A DNA stretch of 64,000 nt from Bugula neritina (GCA_964035545.1 OZ037769.1:11252633-11316632); one strand, 5' to 3'. Shown: positions 1-15,158, counted from the stretch's first letter. Made by a program: numbers and translations. Notes: generated from the sequence alone by a model not told the origin.

Positions 1-1721
1 AAGTTGGGGGTGACTGGGTGCATTAGTTTAATTTCTGAAGTTTGGAGATTCCAACTTAAACCCCCAACTCTAAACTCAGAACTTCAAACTACCGCACTCA
101 TTCAACTCCAACTCAGTGCTCTTTATAGAACAATTCAAGAAACTCTGTTTGACTATAGCAGTGGTTCCTAAAAAAGTATTTTAAGTTTTTAAGGCTACAG
201 ACCATTTGTCTCAAACCATTTGTCAGCACTGTAAGCTAGACCAGACTGCTCCATCTTATCTGTCTAAAAGAAGGATGCTACACTAGGCTGTGCTATTAAT
301 AACTGTGTGACTGGTTGTGAGTTTAATGCCTAAGATCAAAACATTGCCTATTATAGCATACCAGAACTCCTGAACAGGCTTGAGGAAGTAGTAATTGTGT
401 TGATTTAAGACTCTACTTGATTATAAGAAGTCTGTCAGTTCGTTATTCTCACAGCTGCCGTTCTCCATGTTAAAACTATCCTTATAACTTGAAGTTACAT
501 GATGTAGTTTGTTTCAGCCCAGGTGACATCCAGTTTGTTAATTCAAAACCCAAATTATTAATCATTTCCAAATATGTGGAGAATGGTTTTCAAGGGAGTC
601 CCTCAAGGCTTATAGAGTTTTGTAACTGAGGTTAATGATGCAAGATCTCCCAAAACTTGTTTTATGCAGCAATTTTTCTTCTCTCTTTTGTTATTAATAG
701 GTAAAGGAGTTGTCCAATATAAAGTGAAGTTCAATATTGTGCATTCTACTAACTTACTATGTAGTAATGGAAGTTCATTTTTAAAACTGAAAGTAAATTA
801 AAAATAGATGATAGGTACATTCCTTGTCTGCTCAATAAGTTGCTGTGTGAAGTAGAGTGAGTCTAAGAACTGAATAGAAGGCATATGGTGGGCATGTATC
901 TAATGTGTTCCCTAAAGGCTTGTAATTTGAACATATTGTATAGAGTGATAATTAACTTAATACAGTTGTTAATACTAAAACACAGCCTGTAGCATTAGTA
1001 TTGAGGCTCAGTCATCTAATCACATGGGGTGAAGGATCAATACAATAATATCATTATTTGTTCTAAAATATCAACCTGCATTAAGTTACTCGTAGTGTTT
1101 GTTTAAACAAAATGAACTCAGCACCAACATGCTGTAGCATTGACTGTGTGAGGGGATTGTAAGGAAGTTGTGAGTAAAATGATATGTGTTGATGAAAAAT
1201 AAGTTGACAGTATAACTTACACATTTAATCACCACCCAAGATGCCAAAAGGTGTTGAGTTTTTCATTCTTATATTGTAAGGCGAAATAGTTTGTGGTATT
1301 TGGTAACTTATTTTTGTACGAACTTGAAATGCAAGCTTCAAACCACTTGGAAACTATAATCTTAGGTTCAATGTTGAACTTAAGCTGCACGTATACAGGC
1401 AAATTATTTTGGCCGATTTTGTACTAGCCGATTTCTCTGTGGCCAATTTGCAATGAGCCGAAAAATCTAGATGATTTTTATGTCCTGCATTATTTGTCTG
1501 CTTTCGGATGGCTCTCAGTCTATATAACTTTCTTAGGTTTATGCGCAGAGGTACAAACGCTCCCTGATCTGAAATGATTTCAACAGTAGTGTTAATCGCT
1601 CGCTGTCGTGATTTCTGCCGCCTTTTGATTGGCTGGTTCAACTGAATATCGGCGAGAAATTGATCATACTCAATTGTGAAAATCGGGCCAGGAACAAAAT
1701 CGGCTGATAAATTTTATTTTA

Positions 1722-1763
1722 AAAAACTGTCGGCCTTATGATTTTATAAGGCCGACAGTTTTT
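1722..1763. repeat. Perfect 18-bp inverted repeat inside a CGGCC/GCCGA-rich degenerate repeat (~1395-1790)
   Basis: aaaaactgtcggccttat - gatttt - ataaggccgacagttttt. Confidence 0.85.
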
Positions 1764-1989
1764 CGGCCTTATGAAATATTTATATAGAATACAAGGAATT
1801 AGGCTAGAAGTGTGTGGCATTTGTTTTAATTCGATACCTAGCATTGGGACAATCTCTAATATTAGAATGTATAAGCATAGCACTAGCCAGTTTTGTATCA
1901 CTGATAATATCCTGCGGGAAGTGTAGAGCTTCTTGTCACTCATAACTCACTCTAACATTATTCACTATACTCAATGTGTTGTTGGTCAG

Positions 1990-4900
1990 GTTATTCCACA
2001 ATCATTGTGCGGAACTTATTGAACGACTTAAAGAAAGTAGCCATAGTTGGAGCGCCATCTGACGAGGACAAAGGTGCTGTCGTTATCTTTGAGCTCGACC
2101 AAACCAGTAAGGTTCTGAAGGAGCGGCTGAAGTTTATGGGAGACCAGTTTGGGTCTGGGTTTGGATTATCTGTTGCAGTTGTAGACATCAGGAATGATGA
2201 GTAAGTCAGTCACCAATTACCATTTTAATATTGAAGTGTTTAGGATTGCCTTTTCTATGTCATGAGGGAGTAAATCCAACAGTGCAATTTATCCAATTAT
2301 AATTATATACTACTAATATTGTAAGTATGTGTGTTTACATACGATATGATTATTGTGATGTATGACTATGCATACTTTAACACTCAACTGTTTCTAATTT
2401 CAAAGTTGCAGAATTTATAACTGTTTATATTTGGTTTCTTTTTTGTTGTTTCAAAATTAATACAAAAGAAGTTTTGCAAAAACTGAAGGACAAAGAAATC
2501 TTTGCAATTCAACCAACAACTTTTTAAGATTCCCAAATATATTGTGTTGGTAATATACTATTTTTAGACACCCGAGCATGGTGGTGGGAGCACCATTTTA
2601 CAGATCTTCATCTGTTAGTGATGCCAACTCAAGAGAGACCATCTCCGGAGCCATATACTTCTACCAGAACTACAATGATGGCATTCGTGGTGATTCTAGC
2701 AAAGTGATCATCACTCCCGGGCTGTGTAAAGCTGCGGACACCTCCATGTGTGTCAATGCACAGTTCGGGTATGCTGTGACTGGTGTTGGAGATGTGAACG
2801 GCGATGGTTTTCATGGTTAGTTTTGTTACCATACTGATCTCTTGTCAATGTAGCTCTATGTAGTTTCCTAATTAACAATTGTCATCAGCAAAATTTGACT
2901 ATGATTATTGACATTAACTATTTACATCAACTATAGGCTACTATATTTTATGATATTTATTTTGCTGTTTTAATGGCAAAAGAATGTGCCAGCTGCGTGA
3001 TTTTTAATTAATAATTTCTAGTTTTACTCAAACTTCAAATAATTTATTGTTTAAATTACATCTCTCCTATATAAATTATGAAATTATTTTTTAAATAAAC
3101 TTCTTTAGATATTGCTGTTGGAGCTCCATTCTACGGACGGGGAGCCGTATTTCTATTTAATGGCCGAGCTGATGGCAAACTCGAGGATACGCCAAGTCAG
3201 GTGCGTTGGTCAGCTTTGCTACAAGTTTGAAGGCAGACTTCTAGTTACCAATTATTCTCATCTACATTATTACCTGCTGATTTTCAGATTATAATGGCCG
3301 AGGATATCTCAGAAACTTACACAACCCGACCTATAAGTGGGTTTGGGATCTCCTTATCTGGTGGGCAGGATATGGACGGGCAGGGATATGCGGATATACT
3401 AGTTGGGGCTCACTCCTCATCACACGTTGTCCTACTCAGGTATAGCTGATAAACGACTGGCAAATGATTTCCTGTTTTTGTCTCTAACTGTAGACCAAGG
3501 GGCCCCAGGGCCACCTCTGGTCCTTTGCCCATTTTTCAGTGGCCCTTTTAAAGCTTCAGATAAGTCAAAACTGTTGGAAATATTCTGATTAGCACAGTAT
3601 AGGTTTGGTGACAAATGACTTTATTATAATAAAATTTAACATGTGTATAACCATGTGGCCCTTTGTTTTGGCTGACCTCTGAACTTGGCCCTAATGCAAA
3701 AGAAGTCGCCCACCCCTGCTCTAGATGCTAAACTCTCTGCTTTACTTTTTACCTTCACAGATCAAGGCCTGTTATAAATGTGCAAGGAGCGATAAAGCTG
3801 AATAACACCATACTGAGTCCCAAGAAAGATGAAACCGAGTGCCTCTCTAACCCAAGTTCTACCAAATCCTGTATTGACTTTACGATATGCTTTACGGCCT
3901 CCCTGGCTCTCGCTGGCTCTACGAAGTAAGAATTCCTTGTATTGTCATTGGCTAATACTATTCCGTTATTACTCATGTATATAAACCATGGTTTTTCAAC
4001 CAATCACCAGCCAGCTATTGCGTTATCTCAGAAATTTTTTTTGTAACAGTGCTCTGTATTGGACATTTTTAAATTAGTCCATAATCAATAAATTTATATT
4101 CTTATAAAACTTTACAATTTATTTACCAAGTTCCTTAAAGATGTTGGCCTCACTGCAAATAGCTATATTTCCTACTGTAAATATGTTGGATAATACAAAC
4201 TTATTGGGTATTTTAGAAGTTCTGGAGTTCGTGCCACAGTCGATTATACTGTGACTGGGGACTCAGGCTATGAGTATCTAGGCAACCGTAGAGTGAGGTT
4301 TAATGTGGCTGGTGATGCCAGTACGTCGGTGTACACGGGTTCTACTGTTGTTGACGTCAATGGCATGGAGCAGTGTATCTTGATGGTGGCTTATATTACT
4401 GTAAGTAATATGCTGTTGAAGTAAATATATCATTGTATTGGCGTGTCTTGGAATGCCTATATTTTTCTTAGTAATATAAGATAATAAAGGTTTGTGGATA
4501 GATTGCAGGATGGGCGGAGACAAACCTGTGTGTAGGCTAGGTGGGTGGAACTTGGGGGGCATATAGTGTAAATAACTTGGGGGGCATATAGTGTAAATAA
4601 CTTGGGGGGCATATAGTGTAAATAACTTGGGGGGCATATAGTGTAAATAACTTGGGGGGCATATAGTGTAAATAACTTGGGGGGCATATAGTGTAAATAG
4701 TCAGCCAAGGTTATGTGCAGAACTAATTTTTACTAAATTCAAAACTACAATATATTTGATAAAATTAAATCTCCGCTCAAATATTTTTTCAAATATATTT
4801 TGTAGCAGTTTGCAATAATTATAATAATGTAACTCAACTTTTTTAGCTATTTAACTCCAAATATAACAGCAATACTTATGATGACAATGAATAAATAATA

Positions 4901-7900
4901 ACAATAATATTATATTTAAATAGTTAACAGATTATTTTATCACAAAATTCTCTGATTTATTTATTCTCTTTCTACTAAATGAATTGAGTGTTTCATTTGT
5001 CGATGAGTTACTAGGAAGCCTGTAAAAAAATAGAGCTTTGTAACGAAGTATTTTTGTTTGTGATCTCATACGTGCAATGTTGAATGTAGTAGCCACACAA
5101 TTTCTTTAATTATGATCTACAATAGGGAGGCAAATTAACTTTTGTTGCAATCATAATTTATTCCACGTACTTACAAAGCAATGTTAAATTTTATTTGTCG
5201 ACACGTTAGCGTTGTAGAGCCACCCTCTAATATAAGTTATACAGATTAAAGCCATTTTCTAATGTTTGTATCGTCAGTGTTGATAAGTTGTGGTTTTGTT
5301 ATAACAGGAAGTGAAAGATGTGTTGAAGGCAGTAGAGTTTGAAATGGAGTACACTTTGGCTCCTCCTTCCAGTGTTCAGTACGAGGATATAAATACTTAC
5401 CCTATAATGGACGTGCTGTCTTACTCCATACCCACTGCTAAGGTATATCAGCTGTTTATCTCTGCTCTGCTATGCTTTCTGGGAAATCATTTAATATCAG
5501 ACAGTTAGGCTGTCAATAGTCTTTCATGTCAATAGTTATTTTTGTTACATTTTTGACATTCTATTTGTGTTAACAAGCATACAAGGAAAACTTATCACTT
5601 ATATGCATCTAGTTATGTCTAGATTTCAAAACGAATATTTTATCTCATCGCAGATTGACTTCAAAAGAGAATGTTTGACCCCCAGCTGTCTGACTGACCT
5701 TGCTGTAGTTGCCATGTTTACTGACGTCAAGAACGTCATTCCTGTGGAGGAAACGGAACAGACTGGAAACAATGAGTTTGTTTTTGACTCCAACAGGGTG
5801 AGTTGGCGTTTTCATAAATAATTTTGTATCATTTGTCTACAAATTGAGTTTAAAACTCAGAATTGTCCTCTCTGCTCTTTCAGTCATATTCCCTTATGAA
5901 TATATGAGTGTTTGTCTAGCCATGGTAGTGTTACAGCCTAACAGTGTTAGTTTCTAGGAGTTAAGTTTTTATAGTTTTTGTATATAAATATGAAAACTAA
6001 GTTGAAATTAAATGCGTTGACTCTGGTAGTTCTGTGTAATTTATACATTCTGAAACAGTTGCATTTATTGCCATCATTTGGCACACAATCAATTCTGTCT
6101 CAGCCTTCAATAGTGCAACCTGAAGTTATACAAAATCTGAATTATTTGGTGTTAGTTTCCAGTCTTCTGGCACAAAGAGTGAATGCAACAACTTTTCTTT
6201 TTGAGTTAATGAATCATTAGTCAATGTTTCAGGTTGACAAGCTGAATCTCACTGTAACTCTGACCGTGGAAGAAAGCAAAGACCGTGCCTATGAAACTTT
6301 TGTCTACGTGAATCTTGAGCCGGAGTTGCGATACACCGGCGTGTCCACCTCTCTGGACCCCGTGAGTTTATTACAACTGCCTAACTCGTTGAGTGGTCAT
6401 CTGGAAAATTCTATTCTTCTTTGCCAACACTTGACTAGTTTCCTTTTGTTTATATCAAATTTTGGCAAACATTATAGCAAAGTTTTCTTATCAGGGTTTA
6501 ATTGCAAGGATGTGTTTGTTGCAGTCTGCATCTTGCTCTGATGGAAATAAAGAATTCACTTTAATAGTGTGTAGCTTTGGATCCATACTTCAAGGAGAGA
6601 CGCGTAATGTCACTCTCACATTGTCATTTGATGAGCTCGGTCCATCGTTCACTACTATCAACGTCACAGCAAACACGTGAGCTTCCCTTTGCAGTATGCA
6701 ATAACAATGTTTTTAGTAGACGGAATTTTTGAAAGGCACTTTCTCTTCTACTTGTCATAAAATTAGCTTTTTCTCTCATCCTTTGACTTGTGTATTTTAG
6801 TGGACATGTCTTTATTTTTCTAAAATTAAACTTTTGAGGTAGAAGTGCTCTGCCCTCTGACAAATACTCTTAAATAAAATAATACAATAAACAAAACATG
6901 TTTAAAAAAGATGGAGCTTGTATCATCTTGCTCATAATTTCGATTTATCTTATTGTTAGGCGAGACAGTTGGTACGTACATTACCTATCTAGCAATACAG
7001 CTTATTAGATACTAATGCTAAGCAGTATCAACTGTATTATTGTATGTGTTGAATACACAAGGAGAGATGTGGAGATGCTTTATGTTTATATTTACAGAAC
7101 AAGTGAAGATAATCACGCTGCCAATGACTTTGCGTCTCTCAAGGTCAAAGTCAACATAGTGACTGATTTAGAACTCCTAGGGTATGTGTGTTTGTAATAT
7201 CTTATTGTTAGTGTAGTATTTTAGCGATCACTTATTTAGATAAATACTCTCTGATTTTAATACATCAAAGAAGATTTGTTTGCTATTTTCTTCGGGGTAT
7301 AAGAAAAGTTTTGTTAGACAATTAGTGTTAATTAAAGTAAATATTTGGCTAGTGTAGGTTTTCAATTTTTCTTTCACTATTTAATGCCGAAAGAAATCGC
7401 AGCTTTTCATGACTAAGACCCTGTAAAATTTACCTTATGCTCACATAAGACTGAATAAATACAGAGATTATGCTACTGCTGTAGCTACATAATATAATTG
7501 TCTAACTATTTCCAACACAGGAGTGCGACGAGGGGTGATAGCGTTGAGTATGGTGACGGTGATGTTAAAGGCGTTTCAGCCATTGAGACTGATGCTGATA
7601 TTGGGGACTACGTACAGCACACTTATACTGTTAGTACCTATTTATCAGCTCACGTAACTAACTTTATGGTTTTGTAGACAGGCTCTACATAGTTCTTGCT
7701 TTCAAATTATCAGTTAGTCTTCCGAATTTGAAATTGTCTCCCATGACTTTGTTGTAAAATTATTTTAGTTAAAAAATTCAGTTAGACTCTTGCCTGTTGG
7801 GTTTCTAAAATATTTTGTGTGTCTGCCAATCATTTTGCCATGCTCAGTCTACTTGCATTAGTTGGGCATAATTAAGGAAGTTTTTCAGTTTTTTTTAAGA

Positions 7901-10842
7901 AACTTGGAAAACAGAAAAATACCTTGGCAATATAGAAGTGATTTTAAAAACAGACTCAAAGGGGTCAAAGACCATGTGTCATCATTACTAGCTAGAAAGT
8001 ATAAGCTGGTGTTAGTTTAGACTGTCTTGCCATCGGCATTTGCCTTCTTGTAGCTCAAATAGAGTATGCAGGTGTCTGTCAGGTGTCTGTCAGGTGTCAG
8101 GCAGGTGTGCAGTGACAATACATTGATATCACACTGTATGTGAGCCACTTAGCTATATGATCTGATCTAAATGCATTATAAAAAGAGGAAGTGATAATAA
8201 CAGTACATTGGACTTCCTTGTCTTGTTCTATTGTAGTTTTAAGTAAGTTAATCAATAGATTCATTTCAAATTGGGAAGATTAAAATGTGGCACTTGATAT
8301 TTGCTTTATTCTATGACAGTGATTTTCATATTATATTATCTGTTTGTAGATTATAAACAGTGGAGAGTATGGCAGTGTGTCCAAGGTTTCTCTTGTTGTG
8401 CAATGGCCTTATGAGATAGCTGCCAGTGGTGAATATCTGCTCTACATGACCATGACCCCTAGGATTGTTGGTGTCGCTGCTGGCAAAGGTCAATGCCGTA
8501 CTGACACTAAGTACATCAACAGTCAAGGATATGATGTTAGTTCTATCTAATAGCTCAAATATTTGTTTTTATGCTCTCTTTTGCCACAGAGGGGAAGGGG
8601 TGGGGGTAGGTGTTTTATATGCTTTGGTAATGAAGAATGTTGAGTATATTGAGCATGATGTTCGAGCTCGACAACTTAGGTGTCATTTGTGTGATTGTAG
8701 TGTTGAAATTACTCAGTAGCCCCCCCCCCCCCTCCCCCTGTTGGTGTAATGGTTAGCACCAGAGACTTGCAAATCGGAGGTCTGCTGTTCGAATCCTATT
8801 GGGGAAAATATTTTACAGTGATAAGGACCTTCAGTAGAACTGTTTCATAAGTCACTTAGTATTCCACTAGTTATTTATTGCTGTACAATTATCACAATGG
8901 GATGTGAGTGTCTTTATTTGATCGTTAGTTACCATTACTCTGTGTTGTTCCTCTGTGTCATTACTTTGTGTCATTACTCTGTGTCATTACTCTGTGTTGT
9001 TCCTCTGTGTCATTACACTGTGTCATTACGCTGTGTCATTACGCTGTGTTATTCAGGTGATTGAAGAAGATGATTTAGCTGTAGTTCCGTTACGACGTCG
9101 GCGTCAAGTTGACAGCGAGGCTGCCGGAGTAGCTCCCACAGGAGAGGTCTCTTCTAGTAAAATTGTTAACCTGGTAAGAATTTGCTATAAGACGGGAAGC
9201 TGCCTCACTGTGTAAGCTCTCTATTTGCTGACAGTTATATTGTAGTGACAGTTATAGAGTATAGCTTATAACAAGTGTAACAAGTATAAAACAATTGGTT
9301 TGTCAGAATCCATAAAAATTATTTTTATTTTAGTTAATGAAGAGACATAATAGTTTCTAGTATGTTCTCTGATTACTTTTCTTGGTTCGCTAACATGAAT
9401 CATTCGTTTTTTTAGAATTGTTTTGAGAAGACAGCCAACTGTTTCAACATAACCTGTGAGTTCTTTAATCTGGTGCCCAAGGAGACCATCAAAGTGAGAT
9501 TTAACTCGCGTCTCTGGAACAGCAGTCTGGCCCAGGAATATGCGGATGGAGTAGATCTCGTCAGAATAGCATCCACGGGCAGTCTGTTCATAGACCCTGC
9601 AGCGAAAGTCAGCCAAACTAATACTAATAACGACTTTACCAATGTAAGTTTATGTTCCAACTACTGGGAAGGTGAAAGTTAGTGTCTGGGTACTTCTGAG
9701 ATGTCTTTTGCTATCACCTAGCACTATTCTATCATTAGAAAGCATTATACTCACTGATTCTAAGAGACATAGCATTTCCACACTGTAGACTGTAAAGTAT
9801 ATTCCCATGGTACTCTTGCATCATCAAACTTATTATTTTAATGCACACATGTATCTGTTTTTGTTCAATAAATTTAATGAATTTTTTTTAATGAGAGAAA
9901 ATTTGCAGTCACGGAAGACCTTCAATTAATGAATATGATGTTGCTATGCTTAAAAATAGTAATTTTTGCTAATGTTTGAGATAATTAATATTTTAATGTT
10001 GTGATAGTACCTATTGCCGAAACACTCCGCTCACTTTTACTTATTATTTGCAACTCTTGAAATATAATTTCTGGCAAACATATTTTTTAATTAATTATAT
10101 TATTACAAAAGCATTAACGTTTTGAAATCTATATGAAACATCCTTAAAATTACACTTCTTTGTATTGTCCAGGTTTACACTGAAGCCAAGCCCAACTTTT
10201 TAAATATTACTCAGCCTATAAAGATATGGATTATAATCGTGGCCGCTGTAGCTGGGATATTGCTTCTTATTTTAATTATCATCATCTGTTGGAAGGTAAA
10301 GTATTTTGTCACGTAGGCCGATATATTTGCATTGTTTAACGGGAATATACAGTTTTTTGCTTAAAAATTTAGCAATTCGAATTGTAATGACAGATATTTT
10401 AGAGAGTAGTAGTTTTCATCCATTATATTTTGTTTAGAACTAAATTTGTATATCAAAGAGAAGCCTTTGCATAGCACATGTTTCCTAGCTTGTAAAGAAA
10501 TATTTTTTTATGCGAATACAAGTAGTTTGCTCAGCCAATCAGAACACATGGTTTAGCAGACTTGTGATTGACTAGGTGCCACTGAGTATATAAATCACTG
10601 ATTTAAAAACTGCAGTTATGTTTAGTGGAAACAGCCAAGTGTGTACAGGTCTGTGATGTTGGTGCATCAAGTTAATACAGGCATATGCAAATAGCCAATG
10701 ACTGTGTGGCTGTTAATGCTTGTTTCTGTTTTAGTGCGGATTCTTCAAGAGAAACCGACCAACCACATATGGGGTCAAAGTTGAGAAGCAGAGAGGAGAG
10801 TATGAGCAAGTCTCACAGAGGGACCAGGATGCTCTAACTTAA
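1990..10842 (+). CDS. Integrin alpha subunit, 5'-partial, about 17 exons visible
   Basis: FG-GAP/Ca-binding repeats (VAIVGAP; FGSGFGLSVAVVDIRND; VVGAPFY; AQFGYAVTGVGDVNGDGFH; DMDGQGYADILVG), calf-domain exons (FNSRLWNSSL), furin-type site PLRRRRQ (~9090), TM exon 10173-10295 (IWIIIVAAVAGILLLILIIIICWK) spliced to CGFFKRNRP...DALT* (10735-10842). GT-AG introns. Confidence 0.95.
3496..3718. mobile_element. hAT-type MITE in integrin intron
   Basis: Ends caagggg...cccctg, flanked by imperfect 8-bp ctgtagac / ctctagat (NTCTAGAN-like target); internal gggcc/ggccc motifs as in the MITE at 58142. Confidence 0.55.
4551..4699. repeat. 25-bp minisatellite, 6 copies
   Basis: Unit cttggggggcatatagtgtaaataa. 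Confidence 0.95.
8735..8841 (+). mobile_element. tRNA-derived SINE or tRNA pseudogene
   Basis: A-box tggtgtaatgg, B-box gttcgaatcc, poorly paired stems, preceded by poly-C; intronic. Confidence 0.6.
8932..9052. repeat. Degenerate 12-bp tandem repeat ending at a splice acceptor
   Basis: (cattactctgtgt)-like units up to ttcag at 9056. Confidence 0.85.
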
Positions 10843-12452
10843 GATAACTAGGGTACCCTGTAGATGGCACACTACTTAGATAATCATACACACCAGCTTC
10901 AACTTTCTACCAGAGTTATTCTCTCCCTGTCTATTTTTTATACAATGGCAAATTACTAAGATGCATTCCAACAATTATTGTATTTTTGGCACAGTTACTC
11001 TGGTAGATCAATCTGAAACTGTTAGGCTTGCAATACTACTCAACTTTAGAATTATAACTATATTATACTACTTGAGAATTATTGCTATTTATTGGCTCAA
11101 ACGTATCACTTGCTAATATTTGCGCTTTTTTTATGTTTTCCTACTTAACCTAGTTTCATACATGCGGACATAACGTAGCTATACTTTAGCAGCAGGCAGA
11201 AAATGTGTATTGATCTACACAAAATCAAGTTCTAGCACCTGTGGTGACACTTCACAGGTTCAAATTATTCATAATTTTTATGGAACCAATAGCTTCTTAG
11301 TAGAAATATTATTTAGCTTTTTAATTTTGACAATTATTGGCAATCACTATTGGAAGGTCTGTTTACTACTTTTCATTCCTTCACATGTATACATGTAGTT
11401 GTTGCAGTTATCTGGCTTAGCTAGGTTATGGCATTGTCTAAAGTCTAAACCGTTTCATATCAATTTTATGTTGGTATTTGAACTTTTCAAGGTCGTTTTT
11501 GCAAGTATTAGTTTTTCAACTTTAATACTTGACTTCCTAAAAAAATATTTATATTAGTTATTTCTTCTTTTGCTATGAATTAATGAGCTTTTCTGATGTT
11601 TTGATCATTCCAATGTGTTTATTTTGTAAGATATTATTTTTTGTTACTCACCAACTGTAATGATATTGATTTTGCACTATCTGGTATTGCTAATGTTTTT
11701 TTTTCCATTTAATTTTCTATCTCAATATATTTTGTACATAAATACTGTGTAATTATATCCATTGTTAGTATCAGTCTATTATATAAGTGGCGTTTTATGC
11801 AGATTACAAAATGTACCTAGTAAGCATTAAATATAATAAATAAGCTAATATGTACATCATTTCAATGGATGTATCTGCATTTATAAAGCTAGCACTTTAA
11901 AATGTTGAAGTTGTGATTGCTTTAAATATTATAGCTGAATATAAATCAACTATCACTGTAATTCGAAGTCATGCATTGAGCAAAGTGTGGTTACAAATTT
12001 TAACCCCTAATAGTCTTTGTCTAATTATAATTATATGCTTTTTATTTATATGAATATGACCTGTTTGGAAGTAACTGAAACATTTGTTGAATGTTTAGTT
12101 ATAACTTCTAAATTGCTAAAAATTATCTCAATTTTATTACAGCATTCATTGTAAGAGATTCATCCACTTTATGCAAAATAGTTTTGTTGGGTATAGAGTT
12201 ATCTTTTCTCATATAAAAACACTGGGGTCAACGCACCCGAACATCCACATACTCGTAGCTAAATAGGAAAATATAGCCACAAAGAATTCTTGCAGAAATG
12301 TAGTAGATTTTCAAATGAGTTGTAATTTTTTTGCTCTATTAGCAGACCTTCTGTTTATAGAACATTATATCATTGGTATTATTATATTAAGGCAATAGAA
12401 AAACATTCTACAGGCATAACATGTAGATGCGGTTTTCTTTGATCCTGATCAT

Positions 12453-12462
12453 TGCGCATGCG
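12453..12462. promoter_or_regulatory. NRF1-like motif, candidate eIF2-beta promoter element
   Basis: TGCGCATGCG in a locally GC-richer patch upstream of the periodic tract and of an acceptor (tgtag, 15114) 44 nt before the eIF2-beta ATG. Confidence 0.4.
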
Positions 12463-15158
12463 GCATTCACTCTGGATGTGGAGGCCACATAATGATTTGC
12501 TTATGAAGAAAAACTGATGCAATGTGACACCTTGACTTCCACACACTTCAATTTTATTCAATTTTAATTACTGTATTTTCCATGTTGAACTCATGCCTGA
12601 GTTTCTTATGCTTTGTTCAAGTAGTTCATATAGATTATGTTTATGATTAGCCATTTATGATTTATTATATAAAATAATATATCATATATGATATTCAGTT
12701 TCACTAAATTTAATCATTATGATTAGATTTATATAATATATTATAATTATGCTTATGAATACGAGACCGAGTAATCAAATTCAATACGGTAATTATTACA
12801 GTAATATTAATCACAATTATATAATAAAAGTTAAATGTCGGAATAGGTTTAACTTTAGTCTTTGAGATTTTATAATCATAATAATTATGGTGTCTGAAAA
12901 GTGAAAGAGTTAAAGACTAAGGTTGAACTTATTAGTATTTCGACTGTACACTCACACCGTGACTGTAAGTGACTAACTCTAAGTGTATAGTCACAGTGTG
13001 ACTGTGAGTGTAACTGTGCACTAACACTGTACACAGTACAGTCACGGTGATGATTGATTTAGATTATGGAACTGGGTGTGATAGTCTTAGTGATACAGAC
13101 CTGACACTGATACTGATAGTGTTGGACTGTACAGTGTACTTCTAGTAATACTAATACTAATACTAGTAGGATGAACTTGAAGATCAACTTTAAGTTTTAC
13201 AATTGACTTAGCCTTACTGAGTTACCAGGGTTACTGTTACTGTTAGTGTTTTTGTTACTGATTGCCATAATCACCATCATAGTGGTTAGACTTACAATTA
13301 CGAATTAGTATTACTTTTCGTCTGACTCTTATAGTTAATATAAGTCTTAATCTAAATTCAAAGTGAAAGTCTCACACTGAGCACTATAAGTGTAAGACTA
13401 ACTCGAAGCGGTGGGCCTAAGTATAACTGTTAATCTAATGAGTAATCATAATGACTGAGTCTAATGACTATAGCTATTAATAATCTCACTATTAGTCTAA
13501 GTATTAGTATTACAGTATTACATTTATTATTAGTATTACAGATGTTTATGTTGTCATGAAATTTAACAAATATTTATAATAGACAGTTATTACAAAATTG
13601 AATGTAATAAATAATAACAGTGATTTTACCACATTTTTGTAATAACTGCCTTGATACTTATAGTTATACTTATGTATTTCACATTGGTAATCTAAATTTT
13701 TATTTTTAATTTTCAAGTTCATTATAATATTAATATAAATTCTGTTATAATTACAATAATTTTTAAATCAACTAGTCAACTATTTATACTAATACTGATA
13801 GTAATAGTTACAATTATAACCTATACTAATAAGAATACTTATACTTATGGCTATACTAGTTGTGTACTTGTTAGTTATAGCATAACTATAAGTATCAGTA
13901 GTATTTCATTTACTATAAGTAGTTATATTTATAAGTTATAACTAATTAATATCATTAACCTATATAATATTTATATGAATATATCATAATCATAACTTAT
14001 AACTGTAGGCATATTTATAATAAGTGCTATAAATGCTTATGTAATATGAGTACGAGCATCACCATCAGTGTGATAATGTAAAGACACTGAATATAGCATT
14101 TAGTAGTTGATTTTTTACATATCGATGTTACTGCTGAATCTCATATTGTAAGTGTAATTATAATTATATAAAAATAAGTACAGAGCTACAACATTTATGG
14201 TAAGTAATTACTAATAAATGTATGTAAATATAATTATAACTAATAATTTCAAATTTTAACTAAAACATCAGCATAAAGTAATGATATTAAATATATTGGT
14301 ATTACCAAACTATAAAATAAAACGGAAAATTTTAATTCATGTTGTAAAATAAATATAAGTATATATATAAATATCACTGTGTATCAATTATAGTTGTAAA
14401 AGTAAATTTGACTATTTCAAAGTAAGTTTAACTATTTCATTATATTTGAAAGTTTTTTGTTTTTATTGAAAAAGTAATTATAAGTTCAAGTATAGTTATT
14501 TTTAATAAAAAAATACTTTTGTTCTGTTTCAAAGTAAAAGTCAATCCCAATTACATTATGATGCTGTAACTCACAGAGTCATAGTGCAGGCACCCTCATT
14601 AACTCTCACAGTCACAAAACAGACAAAGCTGGTCACAAAGCTAATATGAAAAAAAAATATATATATATATAATAATAATAATAATATAGAGGGGCATGGA
14701 GCAGCGATAGCTTCTTGCGACATTTTGTAAATACTTTAAATGAGCTTCTATTTTAAATAATCCAACAGAGTTTTGACTTTTGACTTTTTTTTCTTTCATT
14801 TTTGTTCATGCCTACTTATATTATAGCTAGTATTTACACTGAATTTCACAATGTGTTGTCATGTCTGTGATATGCAATAAATCAACAATCAACAATCGAA
14901 TGTAATTTTAGCTTATAGTGTTGAGTGTTTTATTTTATTCTCTTCTATGGAGTCATATAAATTTGTATAACATGTATCTATTATTCAGCAATATACTATG
15001 TTTCAGCAAGCTTTGATGTAAAGTTTCAGATTTCAAACCACTACATGTTAGTCTGGTGGATAGTATATATAATCGTTTAAGTTGCAGTACTTTTCATTCT
15101 ATTGTTATCTGTAGAACTGCTTTACTATCACATTGAGAATATAACTAAGGTTGTAATT

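Noticed and set aside
4278-4708. Minus-strand repeat ORFs
   Set aside because: Products of the 25-bp minisatellite, antisense to the integrin gene.
8735-8805. Functional tRNA-Cys (GCA in loop)
   Set aside because: Anticodon, T and acceptor stems pair poorly; better read as SINE or pseudogene. tRNAscan-SE would decide.
12480-12530. Box C/D snoRNA (atgatt...ctga)
   Set aside because: Too short, no terminal stem or recognisable guide.
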